Part shown: in pieces, positions 61,025 through 64,000 of the stretch | Position numbering within the stretch: the stretch's first letter is position 1 | Layout of the letters: every line of letters begins with the position of its first letter | DNA from: Bacilli bacterium | GTDB taxonomy: Bacteria; Bacillota_I; Bacilli_A; RF39; UBA660 | NCBI GenBank assembly: GCA_017435465.1 | Contig: JAFSEX010000005.1 | Span: 6,793-70,792, forward strand | Direction: 5' to 3' | DNA: 64,000 bases | The notes under the pieces: model-generated | The model's input: the letters and a program-made list of their open reading frames with translations, nothing else | Told to the model about the DNA's origin: nothing | Database searches by the model: none | Translations under genes and position numbers: made by a program

Positions 61025-61357
61025 ATGAAAAAAATGGATTTTAAATATAGAGCAAAAGATATAGAAAAAATAGAAAAAGCGAAAAATGAACAAATTGGTA
61101 AAATAGCTGTGGATGGAACAATTTCATCAATAGCACTATTAATTAAATATGGAACTGATTGTTCATTAGATAGAGCATATGATATTATCGATGAAGAAAG
61201 AGAAAAAGGGAAGGACACTGAAGAGTTAGTACTAGAAATTGTTGAGGCATTAACAAATCAGGGTTTTTTGACAAAAGAACTGAATATAGAGAAAATGAAG
61301 AAAGCGAAAGCATCACAAATGGAAATGGCGAATATTCAGTTAGAAAAAATGATTTAA
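61025..61357 (+). CDS. tail assembly chaperone (G-like, short form)
   Basis: 110 aa and acidic, immediately upstream of the tape measure. It ends just after an A6 slippery run. Confidence 0.65.
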   Translation: MKKMDFKYRAKDIEKIEKAKNEQIGKIAVDGTISSIALLIKYGTDCSLDRAYDIIDEEREKGKDTEELVLEIVEALTNQGFLTKELNIEKMKKAKASQMEMANIQLEKMI

Positions 61358-61689
61358 AGTTTTATGAAATATGGGAAGAACAGGAAAAAAATGCATTAAA
61401 AATAGGATTAGATTTAGATAGCTACTGGAATTTAAATCCTAAACAATTTGAAAAACACATATTAAATTATGAAGAGAAACAACTAGAAAAAGCAAATTAT
61501 GATAGAGTTCTTATTTATAATTTAGGATATTATATATTACTTGCTTTTAATAAGCCAAGTGATTATCCAGATAAACCAGAATTATTGAAATTACATAATG
61601 ATAAACCTATGAATGATGATGAAATGGAAAGAATTATAGAACGTAACACTTATGCTTTAGGAGGTGAAGTTGTGAACGACAATAGATGA
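61025..61689 (+). CDS. tail assembly chaperone, long form made by -1 programmed frameshift at G-AAA-AAA-T (61343-61350)
   Basis: The -1 frame is open from before the slippery run to TGA 61687-61689 (~110 codons) and has no start codon of its own. This is the canonical G/GT arrangement. Confidence 0.6.
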
Positions 61690-63481
61690 GGTTAAAGTAA
61701 AAGTAACTGCGACACATGATGAATTAAATAAGGAATTAAATAATGCAAGTAAATTAGTGGACAATTTCGAAAATAAAACAAAGTATAAAGGGTCAAAAAT
61801 TTTAAATGTTCTAAGAAATGCTTTTAGTGGAAATACTACCAAATTAGATGTTGATAGTACAGAATATGATAATCTAGCTACTAAATTAGATATAATTAAT
61901 TCAAAAATTGAAAGTCAAAAACAAAAATTAGCTTCATTAAGAGAGAGATTATCTGGTGTTCTTGATATACCAATTAATGAAAGTAAAATAGCTAAAATAA
62001 ATGATGATATAAGAAAAACAGAAACATCAATAAAGAGTTTGACTTTACAAAGTAATAAAACAGCTCAATCAATGTGGAAATTAGAAGATAAAATGAAAAA
62101 TGTGTCAAATCAGAGCAATAATATTACTTCTAATGGTATAAATAGTATAAACAAATCAGTTAATTCAGGAATCTCAAAAATAGTTAAATATGGATTAGCT
62201 CTTTTTAGTATAAGAAGTATATATACTTTGTTAAGTAGAGCAAGTTCACAATATATGCAATATGATACAGAAAATGCTAACAAAATAAAAAGTGCATGGG
62301 TAGGCTTAGGTGCTACACTTCAACCTATAATTACTTATATTGGAAATGCAATACTTAAATTAGTTAGTTATATAAATCTTTTTGTTAAAGCATTAACAGG
62401 TACAGATATGATTGCAAATGCTAATACAAAATATTTAAATCAACAAGCTAAAGCTACGAAAAATTTAACTAAAGCAAATCAGGGATTAAGCTCGATGGAT
62501 GAAATAACTAATTTATCGGATTCTAACGCTGATAGTGGTTCAGCAAATGAAGATTATAATCCTTTTTCTGCATTTGAAAATGTTGAATTAGACGATGGAT
62601 GGGCAAAAGCTTTTACCTCTGCTGGAGAAAAATTGAGACCGGTTTGGGAATGGCTTTGTGAATGGATTCCAAAACTTGGGAAATGGATATTAGAAAATTG
62701 GGAAGATGTAGTAAGTACTTTTCTTTTAATTAAAATGGTATTTGATATTTCAACTGGGAATTGGATTGGGCTTGTTATGGATTTTGTACTATATTTAATC
62801 GTAAATTTACCTAGATTGTGGGATTCCGTTAAAGGAATTTGGGATGGATTAGTTCAGTTTGGTTCATGGCTTATTGGTGGCCTTTGTAATATGGTTTCAA
62901 GTGCTGTAGATTGGTTTGTTGATAAGTGGCAAATAGCTAAAGACTTTATTGTTGAATTTATTTCTAATATTCCAGACATGATATCAAAAATGTGGAAAAA
63001 AGTTGTAACCACATTTAAGAATATTGGGCTTAAGATTGGGGAAGTTGTAGGAAAAGCATTCACTTCTACTGTTAATGCAGTATTAACAGTAATGGAAAAT
63101 ATATTAAATACACCAATAAAAGCAATAAATTCATTAATAAAAGTTATAAATACTCTTCCTGGTGTTGAAATAAATAAAATCAAAACATTTAAACTTCCAA
63201 GATTAGATACTGGAACAAATAGAGTTCCTAGAGATATGACAGCAGTAATACATAAAGATGAAGCAGTAGTACCAAAAAAATATAACCCAGCTGTCAATAA
63301 TCAAAATAATTCTTCTATAACTGATGAATTATTAATTGAATTAATATCTAAAGTTGAAGACTTATCACAAAGACCAGTTGACCTTAAAATAGATGGTAAA
63401 GAATTTGCTAGAACAACTTATTCATACTATAAAAATGAAGAAAAAAGACTTGGAAGTTCAACAGCAATAAGGAGAGTGTAA
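61676..63481 (+). CDS. tail tape measure protein (start uncertain: ACG 61676 or GTG 61757)
   Basis: About 600 aa with coiled-coil N-terminal segments, hydrophobic segments in the C-terminal half, and a position after the chaperones. The frame is open from 61676. GTG 61757 has no SD. Confidence 0.75.
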   Translation, partial: TTIDEVKVKVTATHDELNKELNNASKLVDNFENKTKYKGSKILNVLRNAFSGNTTKLDVDSTEYDNLATKLDIINSKIESQKQKLASLRERLSGVLDIPINESKIAKINDDIRKTETSIKSLTLQSNKTAQSMWKLEDKMKNVSNQSNNITSNGINSINKSVNSGISKIVKYGLALFSIRSIYTLLSRASSQYMQYDTENANKIKSAWVGLGATLQPIITYIGNAILKLVSYINLFVKALTGTDMIANANTKYLNQQAKATKNLTKANQGLSSMDEITNLSDSNADSGSANEDYNPFSAFENVELDDGWAKAFTSAGEKLRPVWEWLCEWIPKLGKWILENWEDVVSTFLLIKMVFDISTGNWIGLVMDFVLYLIVNLPRLWDSVKGIWDGLVQFGSWLIGGLCNMVSSAVDWFVDKWQIAKDFIVEFISNIPDMISKMWKKVVTTFKNIGLKIGEVVGKAFTSTVNAVLTVMENILNTPIKAINSLIKVINTLPGVEINKIKTFKLPRLDTGTNRVPRDMTAVIHKDEAVVPKKYNPAVNNQNNSSITDELLIELISKVEDLSQRPVDLKIDGKEFARTTYSYYKNEEKRLGSSTAIRRV

Positions 63482-63482
63482 A

Positions 63483-63866
63483 ATGGCATTATTAGAAGCA
63501 AGTGTAGATAATAAAAGAACATGGTTTCCACTACCAACACCTTCTCCAGATAATTATGAAACTAGGAGAGAGCATTTAGAAAAATCATATGTTGGTTCAA
63601 CAGGATATTTAAATAGGGATATAATAAGACGTTCAAGAAATAAAGTATTCTGTGGATATAATGCATTAGATGGTTCAAAAACAGCATTATTAGATAGTCT
63701 ATATGATTATGATTATTTCTATTTGAAATTCACTAATAATAAAAATGAAAGAATCGTTTGTAAGGTATATGCTGGACCATTAGAGGGAAAAGCTTCTTTG
63801 ATGAATAAATCAGATTATACAATTAAATGGAGAACATCTGTACAAATGAATTTTATTGAATATTAA
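63483..63866 (+). CDS. tail protein (position-based; distal tail region)
   Basis: 127 aa with start 1 nt after the tape measure stop. Confidence 0.4.
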   Translation: MALLEASVDNKRTWFPLPTPSPDNYETRREHLEKSYVGSTGYLNRDIIRRSRNKVFCGYNALDGSKTALLDSLYDYDYFYLKFTNNKNERIVCKVYAGPLEGKASLMNKSDYTIKWRTSVQMNFIEY

Positions 63867-64000
63867 TGTATAAAAATGATACAAGAGAAATAAAAGGTTA
63901 TGTAGAAATAGTCAATGAAAATATAGATAACTGCAAAAATAATGCAGTTGTTAATGGAAACGAAAATACATTTTCAGATATGAATCAAGTTGTTGATAGT
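63866..64000 (+). CDS. 5' end of next tail gene (partial at window edge)
   Basis: ATG overlaps the previous stop (TAATG). The frame is open to the window end (MYKNDTREIKGYVEIVNENIDN...). Confidence 0.4.
   Translation, partial: MYKNDTREIKGYVEIVNENIDNCKNNAVVNGNENTFSDMNQVVDS

Larger units (their letters stand above)
35718..64000 (+). mobile_element. siphovirus-like temperate prophage (left end at integrase; right end beyond window)
   Basis: Ordered modules: integrase, CI/Cro switch, replication/recombination, regulators, tRNA, terminase, portal, MuF, scaffold, capsid, connectors, tail, chaperone frameshift and tape measure. Confidence 0.9.

Overview
Visibly AT-rich, Bacillota-type chromosome segment read with the standard genetic code. 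All calls come from reading the sequence and ORF track and from remembered family motifs; no homology search was run. (1) 1-10.8 kb holds housekeeping genes: trxB, a thioredoxin-fold membrane protein, murC, an MBL hydrolase, tex, an NlpC/P60 peptidase, metK behind a SAM-I riboswitch but with an in-frame TAA, an SDR and a TsaC/YwlC-like gene. (2) 10.8-18 kb holds accessory cassettes, each preceded by a repeated promoter-to-terminator small-RNA-like module. The cassettes are an AAA/DUF4143-type ATPase, a GNAT + radical SAM/SPASM + uncalled 59-aa six-Cys peptide + amidohydrolase cluster behind a leader-peptide attenuator, and a 567-aa protein with a C-terminal HEPN-like RNDLAH motif. (3) 18.4-26.9 kb is a four-gene cohesin/dockerin surface locus without enzymes, next to an XRE regulator. 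(4) 27-35.7 kb holds two tandem large-serine-recombinase elements, one with a frameshifted MobV relaxase. (5) 35.7 kb to the window end is a siphovirus-like prophage running from integrase and CI/Cro through replication genes, terminase, portal, MuF, capsid and tail genes to the tape measure. The most unusual signal is in the prophage: a tRNA with the initiator-tRNA identity set but a CGU anticodon, upstream of a portal gene whose only Shine-Dalgarno-positioned start codon is ACG. Several ORFs under 60 aa fill gaps in the prophage early region and are not all listed.
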